Assembly: GCA_030704615.1 (NCBI GenBank) | Contig: CM060733.1 | Span: forward strand, 40,486,001-40,550,000 | Direction: 5' to 3' | Source of the DNA: Takakia lepidozioides | Lineage: Eukaryota; Plantae; Bryophyta | DNA length: 64,000 bases | In this document: positions 37,652 through 50,537 of the stretch, piece by piece | Layout of the letters: every line of letters starts with the position of its first letter | Position numbering within the stretch: position 1 is the stretch's first letter | The notes under the pieces: model-generated | The model's database searches: none | What the model saw: only the letters and a program-made list of their open reading frames with translations | Told to the model about the DNA's origin: nothing | Made by a program: the position numbers and the translations under genes

Positions 37652-40600
37652 GAGCCAGGTTCCATGGGCAGCTGCAAGCGCCCCAACGCGAATCGCCCCC
37701 AGGATTAAAGAGGCGCTATTGGCTTAGATAAAATATTCTGTAAGGGGCGCCTCCACGGAGTCGTCCCAAGTTGCTAAGGGGCGAAAAAAAGATGTCCCTT
37801 CACAAGGGCCGATCAAATTTTGTGGCGCCCCTAACTGACACCTTTGTCTTTTCCTACAGTGGGGCCGCAGCCTTACATAATGCTATTGATTTCCATCCAA
37901 AGTAAGATAGATTTTAGGAGTGCAAGCTCTTCAAACATTTCGCCTGGGCACGGGTCTTTAAAGTGAACTTGGTCTAAATCAGTGGGGATTCTCTCTATCT
38001 TGCATAGTGCCGCAGCAGCTGCTCACTGCCAACCATAGATATTGTTTAAAATGGCTGGTGGAGGGGGAGTCTCACAAGCTCCTGGGGCATTAAATGGGGC
38101 CACAATCTGACTCAGCAGAACAGGATGAAAGAAGTGATTTCAAAGCTCAAAAAAAAGATGGCCTACTGGAGCTTTGCAATGTTGTCCATTGTTGGGAGAG
38201 CTTTGGTGGCAAATCGGATATTGCTAGCTACCAAATGGTTCTACTCCGCTGTTTGGAGCCCTGGCAGTGACATCACAAAGGAAATTAAAGCAATTGTCCG
38301 CAATTTTGTGTGGGGAGCCACCCCGCATCTCCAATGAGACGTGCGCAGGTATCCTGGGATCAGTTATGTCAGAAAAAAAGCAGAGAAGGCTTGGGGATTA
38401 TTGATCCTAGATCCCAAACGCGGGCACTACTGGCTAAGTGGGTTGTCGGGGCTAGGCCAAGGCAATCACTCACACAAGCAGCCCGTGAAGTAAGCTGGTT
38501 CAACCTTACCTCATGAGCTCTTCTCCATCTAACTCCCCCCAATGGGCCCAATCTCTCAGATGGATAGTTCAAGGGCGAAATGCAAACATCAAGGTGGGTT
38601 CGCAGCCATGGCAATCCATCTGGAAAAGCATGGCACGCAGTGAGAGGATGGCTTACCCAAAGAATGCCAACCACTGCCCAAGAATGTGAAAGGCAAGCTC
38701 TATTTGCGAATTATAATATGGACTCTGCTACTTTGATTGGGCGTGATTCCCAAGGTGGGCTCTCTGCAAAAGGCAAGGCTTCACCCACATTGCCTCTATC
38801 AGATCCCAAAACCAGTTTCTGCCACAAGCAGAGGTGACCTCAATGATGGGCACAAGGAGTGCTAGGACTTGGAATAGTATTATGGAGAACATCCCGCTAT
38901 ACATGCTGCCTCTGCTAAATGATTCAAACATACCCCCTGCTGCCCAGCCTGGATGGCCTCTTCACAACAGAATCTAGCCCTAGTTATGTTGGTCCTATCC
39001 TTCGGGGAAACACTGGCCTTTGGTCTTAAATTCCAGGCAGATGTTGAGGGAAATCTGTTTTTTCGTGGTGTGGCTGAGACAGACAAATCACATATTTTTC
39101 ATATCAGGTGCTTGATAAAAAAGGCCATGCAAACCCAGCCCCGCCACATGGACAGGACATCTAGTGGGCAATCCATAAGTCATTTGTTTGGTTCCTCAAA
39201 TGCCCACTAGCAGATTTATAATTTGATCTAGGGGAGTGGAGATGGATGGACAAACTTCACTCGCCCTTCTTCGCATATTCTGTCAAGTTGGGGTATTCTT
39301 TACTCAACCATGCCAGATCCTTCCTAGCAAAGTGGTCATAAAAGTGGGCTAACCATCAACTCACTCAAAGGGGCTGGAATAAAATTTAGAAGGAAGTATG
39401 GAGAAAAGACAGGGCTGCTAAAGTCTCGGGCTTTTTGTGGAAAGTTGCTCACAGAATTTTGCCTTGAGGCAAAAGTCTGGGCGGGTGGTTCTCGTTTTCT
39501 ACTCCATTTGGAGTCTCTTCCCCTCACCCCCGCCTTCTCTCCTCCTTCTTCTCAATCACTTGTCTAGTAGATACCAGACCAGCTGCCCTGTTTGGGCCTC
39601 GCTAAGAGCACTTACTCTTTAGAATCTCTGGAAGATGAGATGTGCTTGGGTTTTTGAGGGAAAACCCCCCAGAGGCATATCGATATTGTTTTCCATATAT
39701 CATGAATTGCTAACTGAGGGGAGGAAAGCTTGGGATGTGGAGTATGCAGCTCTTCCCAGAACTTCAAAACAACGGGGGGAGCAACTGCTTGAAGATTTCC
39801 ACGGGTCTTAGGGCAAAGACAACGTGCTCGGAACCTGTTTTCCCAATGCAAGGATTACCTGGAAGGTCACCATCCCCCCTCAATGGGAAGTCCCCTGGTG
39901 AGGGGGAGGAAACGGAGTTTAATTGGCGCCATAAGAAGGCCCGTGATAACAAATCCAGGACTCAGCTCAAGTTTTGATACCTCAAGCTAACTCGGATGGC
40001 TGAGTTCAAACTCCAATTTTCTGCAGCTCTTCCTCGACTCCCATCTCGCAGCTCCAGGGCCCCTTCTATGATGGTCACCAATTTGGGCAGCTGTAATTAC
40101 TTAGCTTATCTAATCTCTACTGATCTAGTGCAATCACCATTTTTCCCTAGGCGTCTAATGCTCTCTGGTAGTGTTGGACTCAGTCCTCAATCCTCCATAT
40201 GTCCATGGTGCGCCAATCTGCTTTCTTCCACTTGTCCCTGCTAAAATCTAATCTATCCACAAGAGACCCGTTCTCTCCCCCTTGCATATTGTCTTCTCCA
40301 GCTCCTTCTCGACTCCTCTCAATAGCTAGATTGTAGGGCCATGGGGAAGTTTCCCCGCAGTTAGCCTTCACGGCCTCCCTCAGTGGTTATTTTTTCCACT
40401 GTTGTTAACTTTATTTTAATAAATTTGATTAAAAAGGCCTATGTCCTTTTCTTTTCTTTTTAAAGAAAAAGAAAAAAAGAGGGAATGATTTTTGACATCT
40501 CGATCCAAAACTTCTATTAATTGTCGTTTACTATGTCATGGGCCCACATGGAAATTGGTGCCAAGATTTTTAGAGGGGCGAATGGAAAGGTGTCCATGGA

Positions 40601-40686
40601 ACCACCCTTTCTCATTTTTAAGGGGTCATTCCCTCTTGGGAGCGCTTGCTTGAGGGGCTTTTAGGAGTGCCCATGGAACCTGGCAC
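37652..40686. mobile_element. PIF/Harbinger (Tourist-like) non-autonomous element with nested LINE
   Basis: 19-bp TIRs GAGCCAGGTTCCATGGGCA (37652-37670) and TGCCCATGGAACCTGGCAC (40668-40686), 1 mismatch, flanked by TTA on both sides. Confidence 0.85.
37920..40480 (+). mobile_element. 5'-truncated L1/Tx1-like LINE, same family as 7538-11478
   Basis: KLKKKMAYWSFAMLSIVGRALVANRIL; colinear with the minus-strand LINE including the 3' UTR; A-rich tail at 40462-40480. Confidence 0.9.
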
Positions 40687-41650
40687 TTAACCCTTAAGCG
40701 ACGACCACCGTTTTGGTGGGTCAGCCCAAAAATGGTACATGGTGGTATGGATGAAGCCATAACTTCCTACCCTGAATCATCCAAGCAAACTAACCTTACA
40801 AAAATGCTCGTCCCTTCTATATCCATATGCCCAACTTAGAATTTTCACAAACTTCCACCGTTGTAATTGGCACCTTACAATAAAATAATATTGTAGTTTT
40901 TCCACCAAGACTCCAAATTTATCAGAAAAAAAACCTTTGACCAAGCTAGACCTCTAGGTTGTAGATTTTTCTTGTGTGAATGCTTTGCATATTCCGATTC
41001 TTGGGCACCCACATGGCTTAATGGTCAAATCTCAGCCCCATCTGCCCAAAATTTATATGGGGTCCTTTGTATGTGAAATTTGGGGGGTGGAATTGTATTC
41101 CAACTACATGCAGGAACATTCCTGACCCATGGGGTCCTGAATTTTGTCCTCGTCACAAATTCCTATGGTCATCTGAGTCTGCTCTACAATAATGCCTACA
41201 TAGTGAGGAAGAATTTTTGGATTATGAAAAATTTACTACTTCAGATGATCTCTAGGGATTTTTTGTTGTTGCATCCCAACTCCAGCTATTGTAGCGGGGC
41301 ACATTCCAGCATGATCTTGGGGGGGGGGGGGGGGGGGGGGCACATCACAAACACCCAAGGAATTCATCAGCCCCCACGAAATGACCTGTAGCCAACCCAC
41401 CGATGAAATCTTGGGTGCATACTTTACAGGGCAACTGTTGTCTAGGGGGCCAACGATACACCTGGCAAACCGCTGTATGTGTCTGTCTTCTCATGTCCAT
41501 CATGATCATGCCATTTTCTTATCAACAAGCACATTCCCAAGAGTTGAGGGGGCATTGAACCCCCTCATGATCTGCCCACTATGCAGACAACTCCCCCCCC
41601 CCCCTCGCCCACAATGCCGAGCAACGACGGATATCAGACATGATACCCCG

Positions 41651-42272
41651 TGTCAAGGACGAGAACATGACTGAACACAAACAAGAGATAAAACTAGAGG
41701 TACAATGCTAGACAAGAAGTCAAGGTCGGCATGGCCGAATGCACGATGAGTAAATAAGAATCAAGACGATCTTTATAACAATGAACAAGAGTACAAGATA
41801 TTGGAACACGACTTGAATACTAGAATGCTGGAAACTGGACTGGAGTACCAGATACTGGAAACTGGGCTAGAGTACTGGGAACTAGACTGGAGTATTGGGA
41901 ACTGGAAACAAGAGTAGCTTGAACTAGTGTTGGCGAGACTGAAGAGTGTCTAGTCTCGCCTCCTATATATACTGGCTACTAAAAAGCTTCCCCAAGAAGC
42001 TTCCCCTATGGAGGTTTCTTGTTGGAGAAGTTTCCAAGATTAAACAAAGGTTTATTGATGGAGAAGCTTCCTTAAACAAATGAGGTATCTTGATGGAGAA
42101 GTTTCCTCCAAAGGAAGCTTCTTGAGTAGTTTCCCAAGTTACTCTTGGTAATTTGGTAAATTCTCGGTAACTTGATAAATTATGATAAATTATGGTAGAT
42201 CATGGTAAATCACGATAAGTCATGGTAACTTTCGGTAATATGATAACTTTGTAACTTCTGGTATTTACTCCT
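41651..42272 (-). repeat. Tcn1-like 3' LTR (U3 start deleted), TATA at 41964-41971
   Basis: Direct repeat of 44750-45380. Confidence 0.92.
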
Positions 42273-43180
42273 GATAGAAAAAGATATTTTTCCAACTTGG
42301 CATATAGTCCTCTTTCTCTTAATTTATCAAGGACAAGGCGTACATGGCGGCCATGTTCTTCTTCATTATGTGAAAATATCAAAATGTCGTCCAAATAGAT
42401 GACTACAAAGTCATCTAAAAATTCTCGAAAGATGTCATTCATCATATGTTGGAAAATTGCTGGAGCATTGGTAAGACCGAAAGGCATAACACTGTATTCA
42501 AAATGTTCATACCTTGTTCAAGAAGCTGTTTTCCATTCGTCTCCTTCTTTTATCCGTACAAGGTTATAGGCTCCTCTCAAGTCGATTGTGGTGAAAATCT
42601 TCGCTCGTCCCAGCTGGTCGAGAAGCCCATAAATCAGCGGCAACAGATAATGATTCTTGATTGTGACTTTGTTGAGACCGCGATAGTCGACACACATGTG
42701 TAATGATCCGTCCTTCTTTTTCACAAACAAGATAGGCGCCCCCGCGGGTGATTTTGAATGTCGGATGAAGTGCTTCGACAAATTTTCATCAATGTATTCA
42801 CGTAATGTAGGCAACTCCGTCTGGGATAAGTTATAGATTGGGCCGAATGGTGGTTGGGCTCCTTCTTGTAACTCAATTGCACAGTCATAAGGTGGATATT
42901 CTGGCAACATGTCTGCATTCTTCTTCTCGAAGATGTCTAAATCTTGATATTGAGCGGGTAATGTTGAAGTACCTTTGTTTGTTGTGGTCTTGATCGGAGT
43001 CGCATAAAGTGCAAATGTCTCCTCCTTTTTGGTAGCTCTCATGAAGCTCTAGCTCCAAGGAATAGGGGTTGAATACATTTGATATTTCTACATTTTTGTC
43101 TTGCAGAAATTTTTCGCGATCGCCAGTCGATGTCGGGATTGTGAAGTACGAACCAGGGAAGTCCAAGGATCACAGGAGAT

Positions 43181-43321
43181 GCAACCAAACATGACATGGT
43201 TGGGCTTCACCTCTTCCCGCATCATCTGCTCATATGTCTCCAAAGCCTCCATCTCAAATCCATGTTGGACATATCCTGCGATCATCGCACTCCATGACAC
43301 CACATTTCGTTCAGCCATTTC
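43181..43321 (-). other. 141-bp PLS-PPR fragment inserted in the Gypsy protease region
   Basis: EMAERNVVSWSAMIAGYVQHGFEMEALETYEQMMREEVKPNHVMFGC. Removing it restores SPT-SPVILGLPW. Confidence 0.92.
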
Positions 43322-44736
43322 GTTGGAGACTAGATGACATTGAAAACAATATGTGATGCTTGATCTTTAAGCTTCATTTCAAGTGGTTAAGTTTCATGGT
43401 CCACATTTCCTAATGCTAACGGTCGTCCATCGATGACTTCAACGGAGGCCGAGAGTTTCTTCTTTACGAGCGTTAAATTGTGTTGCTTCGCAAAGTTTTT
43501 GTCCATAAAACAAGCTGAAGCTCCTGAGTCCAAAAGTGCTTCTACAATGATATCTCGATTTTGCACTCTGATTTTTACCGGAACTGTGAAGCAAGGTGCA
43601 GGGTCTGGAGGTAGAAAGAGACATTTTTTCGGTAAGGAATTTGTGGTGTCCAGCCGCATGGTCCCTACTGTGACTGGACATCATCGTTTTTCGACCTCCT
43701 TGTATCAAACATTTGAGTTGTGCCCCGAGCTTTGAATCTTATCTTGTTAGGGCAGTTTAATGCTATGTGATCTTCTTCTCCGCAATAGAGGCATAATCCA
43801 TTCGAGCGCCGTCTTTGTTTTTCTTGTGGCGTCAATAGTTTGAATCGGACAGCATCAATCTGCATAGGATCACTACTAGATGTCTGATGGATCGTTGTAT
43901 TTGGTGTCGTAGTAGCAGTGACATAATGCGTCGTCGACCATCCAGATCGCTTCTCTTGACGTCTTTCGAGCAAACGATTATCGCATGCAATGACTTGGGT
44001 GATGAATTCACTCAGTGTGCTCACGTTTGGCATTGTCAGCAACAAATCTTTTACATCATCTTTTAGTCCACATCAAAACTGACTAATGAGGTTCTTCTCA
44101 TTCCAGTCGAGGTCGCACACAAGTTGTCGAAATTCGGCAGCATAAACGGAAGCAGGACGTGCTCCTTGTCAAAGATTTTGCATCTTTGTTTCTACAACTC
44201 TCTCTCTCTCTCTATCATTCTCTCCAAACATTGCAGTGAACTCGGAAATGAATGCTTCAAAATTATATAGTAAATGCGAATTTTTTTCTAATAGCGGTGC
44301 AAACCAAGATAGGGCAGTATCTGATAGAAGGGTGCCCACGAATCCCACTTGAATACCTTCATCGGGGTAGCGTTGTGGATGTAGTTGTAGGAACAGTTGT
44401 ACTTGTTGAACAAAACCGCGAAATCTTGATCTCGTCCCATCAAATTTCTCGGGCATGCTGATCTTTGGTTCTCTCGTAATCTGTTGAAGAGGAACCGTTG
44501 CAGTAAGAGCTATTGCTGTAGGGACTCGTATGGTTGAAGATCTATTGTTCGACTCCTTTAACTCTGAAATTTGTTGTTGCAAATTGTAGAGAACGTTGCC
44601 AAGATCTTGAGACTGATCAGCTTGCAATTGGGCGGTAGATGTACGAAGTTCTTGCATCTGGAGCTGAAGACTCTGCAATATGGTGACCATTTCCGCAAAT
44701 GTGCCTTCCATCTTAACTAACTAAAGAAAAAACTTT

Positions 44737-44747
44737 AGTCTCGCCAA
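44737..44747 (-). promoter_or_regulatory. Self-priming PBS (TTGGCGAGACT)
   Basis: Exactly complementary to 11 nt in the LTR (45029-45039 and 41930-41940) at the predicted transcription start. Confidence 0.8.
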
Positions 44748-44749
44748 AC

Positions 44750-45410
44750 TATCAAGGACGAGAACATGACTGAACACAAACAAAAGATAAAACTAGAGGT
44801 ACAATGCTAGACAAGAAGTCAAGGTCGGCGTGGCCGAATGCACGATGAGTAAATAAGAATCAAGACGATCTTTATAACAATGAACAAGAGTATAAGATAT
44901 TGGAACACGACTTGAATATTGGAATGCTGGAAACTGGACTGGAGTACTAGGTACTGGAAACTGGGCTAGAGTACTGGGAACTGGACTGGAGTACTGGGAA
45001 CTGGAAACAAGAGTAGCTTGAACTGGTGTTGGCGAGACTGAAGCTTCCCCAAGAAACTTCCCCAAGAAGCTTCCCCTATGGAGGTTTCTTGCTGGAGAAG
45101 TTTCCAAGATTAAACAAAGGTTTCTTGATGGAGAAGCTTCCTTAAACAAATGAGGTATCTTGATGGAGAAGTTTCCTCCAAATGAAGCTTCCTGAGTAGT
45201 TTCCCAAGTTACTCTTGGTAATTTGGTAAATTCCCAGTAACTTGGTAAGTTCCTAGTAACTTGGTAAGTTCCCAGTAACTTGATAAGTAATGGTAAATTA
45301 TGGTAGATCATGGTAAATCACGGTAAATCATGGTTATTTTCGGTAACATGGAAACTTGGTAACTTCTGGTATTTACTCCTCGTAAGTTCTTCTGGGCTAT
45401 GTCCGTGACA
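44750..45410 (-). repeat. Tcn1-like 5' LTR
   Basis: Repeat of 41651-42272; lacks the TATA segment. Confidence 0.92.
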
Positions 45411-45449
45411 CCCCGAACCATTCACACACCTTCAGCACCAATAGCCCAT

Positions 45450-46015
45450 CATTACAGCAAATTGGGGGGGTTTGCAACGCCAGCCGCGCCCCCATGCCCC
45501 GCGCGGCGCTGAACGTGCGACGTCAACCCCGCGACGCCTTTTTGCAACGCCCGACCATCGCACAGGCGGATGAAGGGCAAGAGGCAGCCATCACCTTCCG
45601 TGCGATGCCCAAGCGTTGCCCCCCAACGAAGGGCAGAAGACAACCTTTTTTGGCGACGGCCAGCCGTCGCCAGCGGAAAAAATGCAGTCCTTTCTTGCCC
45701 TTTCTTTCATCGCAACTCTTATTGGCGACGCCAGGCCGTCGCATGGTGGCATGAATGGCAAAAGGCATTGGCGACGGCCGGGCGTCGCAAATAGGAGCTA
45801 CCCAATTCTTTCAAAACAAAAAAAAACATGTCGCATCCTGCGCGGCGTGCAGTTGCCGTTTGCGACCCCCGGCCGTATATATCCTAAAAACACGTCGCAG
45901 TTTGCGACGCGTGGGGGTCGCAAGCAGCGACGGCAAGGCTTTCTAGGTTTAGGTTTAGGGCCTTTGGGGGTTCTTATTTTTCATAAAGACAAAAAACCGA
46001 AAGCCCTTTAGGTTT

Positions 46016-46059
<44 letters not shown>

Positions 46060-46103
46060 CCACATATGGTACTGGGGTAGGGTTTTTGTTTTTCTTTATG
46101 GTT
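45450..46103. repeat. CACTA-2 left terminal region: GCGAC array, TTTAGG(G) motifs, poly(T)
   Basis: Mirrors 60081-60447. Confidence 0.85.
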
Positions 46104-48906
46104 TAGCTTGTTGTTGTGGACCTTCTTGTAAATTATGACATTTATTTTGTTAATTCTCTTGATACCACATCTGTATGTGTTGCTCTAATATATTCAATGC
46201 CTCTGCTTTCTTTCTTGAAAGACTACCAGCCACAGCCATATTTGATCAATTATAGAAATAAGCTACAATATGCATGTACATGTACAATCAATCGAAGGGA
46301 TGGGTACAGTTTGGTGCGAGAATTATTATGTAGCTTTGATTTCATGTCTAATCAACTTGAACATCATCATCCGGAGCTTCTTCCTCATCAAGCTGCAAGT
46401 CTTCTTGTGTCTTCATCTCCTTCTCCAACATCCGTATCTTCTGGAGCTTCATCATATAGGATTCGGGATGCATTCTTCGAGGCGTCATCGTCCTCTTCTA
46501 TCCCCTCTACCTAACCTCCATCATCAGCATCATTATGACCAGTCTCTCCGTCCACCGCAATTGCCTCACCCCATGGAGATCCGAGACCATGATAGATACG
46601 TCTTTCTCTTGGCTAAGAATGCACAACCACCTTCCAATTCCCCCCTCTTGTTTTGTCATCGGAGAAGAAAACTTGCTCCATGTCTGAAGGCCGTGAAAAA
46701 AGCTCATCGGAGGGACGATGAGTAGGGTTGAGCCTATCTGCATTGACACGCATGAAACCACAATTATCTTGCACTAGTGTTGCGGAGGGCCCCACAAGAT
46801 GTGGCTGGAACCACCTTCCCTTGAAGAGAAGAGGCCGGTACCTTGTATACTGAAGTTCGAGTATGCTCTCAAGCTTTCCAATGTACTCAAGTTTGCTCAT
46901 AGCAGGTCGTGTATCTCCCTTGCCCCACACGGAGTCTTGCCAATAATATGTGGCACACGAGCCAGAATCAAAGGTTGTTTTGCACTTCATGTCAAGAACA
47001 CGAATGCGAAAATGACGACCGTGAACCCAAACCGCCATGTATGAGGTCGCGAATTGAGAGGGGCCCCTTGCAATGTCTTGCACCAAATCTGAAACCACCT
47101 CTCATTGAGCAACGGCGTCATAAACTGAAGTCCAAAGCCACTGTTGGAATGAACTTAGAGGCTGCAATTCCATGGGCAGTTTTTGTGAATGAACATTCCG
47201 GCGGCCCGCTCCTCGTCGTGGACGTCTAGTAACCGGCCTTGGATGGTTCGCCTCCATGCAAGCGTCTCATCCTCTCGTTGTTGAACAAGGTTATTGTATC
47301 TTGCCTCCCACTCATGTATGGATGGGGTATTCTTCAGTATGAAGTCATGCGTTTGCTCAATCACCAAGGTCGGAAATTTTACCCTCTTCGATTTTTTGGG
47401 CAAAACAATGTCTTTGGTTCGTGCATCCTCCTCTTTCTTCCACATCCGAGGGCTTCCTCATCCACCCTTGTCATGTACTCCGTGCAATAGAACATAGCTT
47501 CTTGCAACGTATACCCCTCCGCCATGCTACCCTCCGGGTGCGCCATTTATCTCACAAATCCTTTCAAAGTCTTCATATAACGCTCAAGGAAGTACATCCA
47601 CCGAGAATGAACGGGGCCGGCTGCCTCCTTTCATGCATGGAAAATCCGCTTCCTCCAACTCTTTGGAGCAAATCCACCAGAACAAGCCTCCCAATCTATA
47701 GATTGTCTCACGAACCTTGGGAGTCAATGTCCCACGTACTGCAATGTGCAAGACGTCTTGCAATAGATTGTGGTAGTCATGAGACTTCAAACCATGGACC
47801 CCGTCTTCTTCGAATTCTTCCTTTGTCCATTGTCAAGGTACGCGCCTATACTTCCACCGTACAACACCCTTTGGGTCCACACCATTTTGTTCGGCCCATA
47901 GATAGCGCATGCGACCCTGCTCCTCAAGCTCCTTTCTAACACCAAAATAATCTCCTTTTGCAGCCACTCCCTTCTTTGCCGGCGTGCCATGAAGAACCCG
48001 AAAAAGGGACGAGCAAACATTCTTCTCAATATGCATGGGATCTAGAAGATGACGAATCTCAGGTCCTACATATATCCCTACCCACAAATACTTACACAAA
48101 TTTTTTGACGTGAAATTGACAATGCAACGCATACCAAATGTGCAATATCACATGCATGCATAGGGATATCGACGGTGTTTTTGTGGAATATGTACCGCCC
48201 AATATGGCAACTCGTAGAAGATTGAAAATTGCTTCATATTGGGTACATCCACTTCACCGTCCGTGCCGGCACGGGCCTCCTTCCATCGGTCCTCCCAAAA
48301 CTGCCCGGATGGTATCATAGGGGGGGGTACTTCCTCTTTGTCATCAAATAAGTGTTTCTCTCTTCTTCTCCATCGATAGCTCATAGGAAGAAACTTGCGG
48401 TAGTTGGGATACACTATCTTATGAAGATGGCGGGAACTATGTGCATCAAGATCATCGCCACAATGCAAGCATGCATGGTACCCTTTGGTGCTTAGCCCCG
48501 AGCAAACAGTTAGTCTTGTACTACATATCCCGCCACATTAGCAAAGACAAAAAGTTGTCATGTGCATGGCCCATAATGCCATCTACCCCACTACGGTGCA
48601 CAAGACTGTTGTCGCTACTTCAATCAATCCCAATCCTCATCGATATTATCCAGCATTGACAAGTGAATGTATGCGGGTTGTTCACGGGGAACACAATATA
48701 CTTGGATAATCATGCATTGTCCAAAGCAAGTTGTCTCTCATCTAAAAAGATTGTCCGGCCATAGGGTCAAGTGAAGCATCCAATGCCGGGACCCCCCTCC
48801 ATAGGTCCTTAAGTTCATCAACAAGAGGTCGCAAGTACGTGTCTGTCACGCACCTCACTTCGGTAAACTCCCCTTCAAGTCATAGATACTCGCTTTGATG
48901 CGCGCG

Positions 48907-49631
48907 TGTCGCGCACCTCACTTCGGTAAACTCCCCTTCAAGTCATAGATACTCGCTTTAATGCGCGCGCCTGACTCCCAACCTGGCCGCCGGGCCAACT
49001 TGGAGCTTCGGCTGCTCACCGGGACATAACGGTCCTCTCTCGCTTCCCTCTAAAACCCTCCACCTAATTGGGACTAGGAGAATTCCCTTTGGTAGATGGC
49101 AGTCCGGAACAGCTCCCCACTCTTTGGTCGCTTTCCGGCTCGCTCGCTTACTCACTAGTTTTTGGTCACCAACGGGCTTGCACCGTTCTCGGGGTTACTA
49201 CTCCCTATATATACTTCTGTAGCTATCCGCGGGGGTTTCACAACCAGCCATGCCATTTTATGGCGAACCACCACGAAGACCCTCGATTCCCGGTGGTGAG
49301 TCGCGGTGAGTCTTGGCCCGCTCACCACGGCCCCTATGGACCGTGATGAGTCCCAAGACTCCCCACGACTCCCACCATGAGGTCTCTGCCCCCTTGGTGA
49401 GTCCTATGCCACCCCCACTAAGTCCCACTAAGCTACCACCACCCTTGTGGAGCCACCCCCACCGCAACCCGGTGTGCGGGGCTCCACCTAGTGAGCGCCT
49501 CCGCCTCCTTGAGTGCCTTGGGCACTCAAGGGTGCTTCAGCCCCCGTACCTATCGCTACTACTACCCCCACCACAGGGGCAGCCCCTCTTGTGTCCCGAC
49601 CTCCCTGCCCTCAAGGCAAAGGGCCGCGACA
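48907..49631 (-). repeat. Chromovirus 3' LTR, plus an extra 63-bp terminal copy at 48844-48906
   Basis: Direct repeat of 54843-55567. Confidence 0.95.
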
Positions 49632-50537
49632 CACACCCCTACCAACAGGGAGTCGATGTCCTCATCGACTTGTCCATTTTGTAGAAACGAACATCCAAGT
49701 TGTGGCGTCCCACATCAAGGAGTTTGTTTCCGTACCATGGCGTCCCATGGCAAAGAATCAAACCCCACACTTGACTCTACTCTCGACTAGCTAGTTCGGC
49801 CGACTTCCTCCAAGTCCCGGCCAAGGGTGGAGCTTCTCCAGCTCCTCCCAGTGCACTCTTCTTGGCCTACTTCAAGGCCAAGGAACGATCCTCCCCGAGG
49901 ATCGAATCGCCTTACTGCAACAACATTGCTTGCGATCGCTCATGATGCCGCTTTTGGCATCACCTTGAGCAAGGGTTCACCTGGAACCCTCTTTGACTAG
50001 GAAAATAACCTTGAACCAACCGTGCGCCTCAATCACTACAATTGGGTCCGCCTTGGAATGCTGGCCTGAGGTACGGGAACATGCCGAAGCCGCACTACGA
50101 CTTCGTCCCGAAGCTACACGATTATAGTACGTGAACGGAAGCACGTAGCTTCCGCGTTAGCCCGCACTACAAGGCAATCCCCTTGGTAGCGCAGTTATAG
50201 TACGCGCACGCGCCAGGTGCGCACTAGCACGTGAACTCCCAAAGAAGGCGCAAGTTTCCTTGCCCCTTGGATGGGAGTCACCCGATTTCGGCACTGCGCA
50301 AACACATGATTAACCCAATTTACCTCTCCCACTTTTGTAAGCTAGCATGCATTCTACACACTAGCCAACCACACCATGCATCACCATTCCAAACACAATA
50401 GGACGCACAATATTTGGAACCCATTTCCTTTATAACAAATTTTTGTACAATACAAGTTTTTGCAATCGGATTCCTGAGCTAGCTAAACCGGGCTAAGCAT
50501 GCATTTCCTCCCCCACGCTCCAAGGTTGATGTCCCCA

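Larger units (their letters stand above)
41651..45410 (-). mobile_element. Tf1/Tcn1-like Gypsy, internally deleted (RH, INT, PPT lost), TSD CCCCG
   Basis: TGTCA...TGACA ends; ccccg at 41646-41650 and 45411-45415; PEG10-like gag (PEKFDG, PMQID, GLCLYCG), PR LLDSGAS, RT YLDDILI. Confidence 0.95.

Noticed and set aside
37849-37861. TTTTCCTACAGTG as a CACTG-type terminus
   Set aside because: No partner end found; it lies inside the Harbinger-type element.
40687-40700. TTAACCCTT as a piggyBac terminus
   Set aside because: No matching opposite end and no transposase.
41319-41340. Poly(G) run as a functional G-quadruplex
   Set aside because: Simple homopolymer; several similar C/G runs occur without consistent context.
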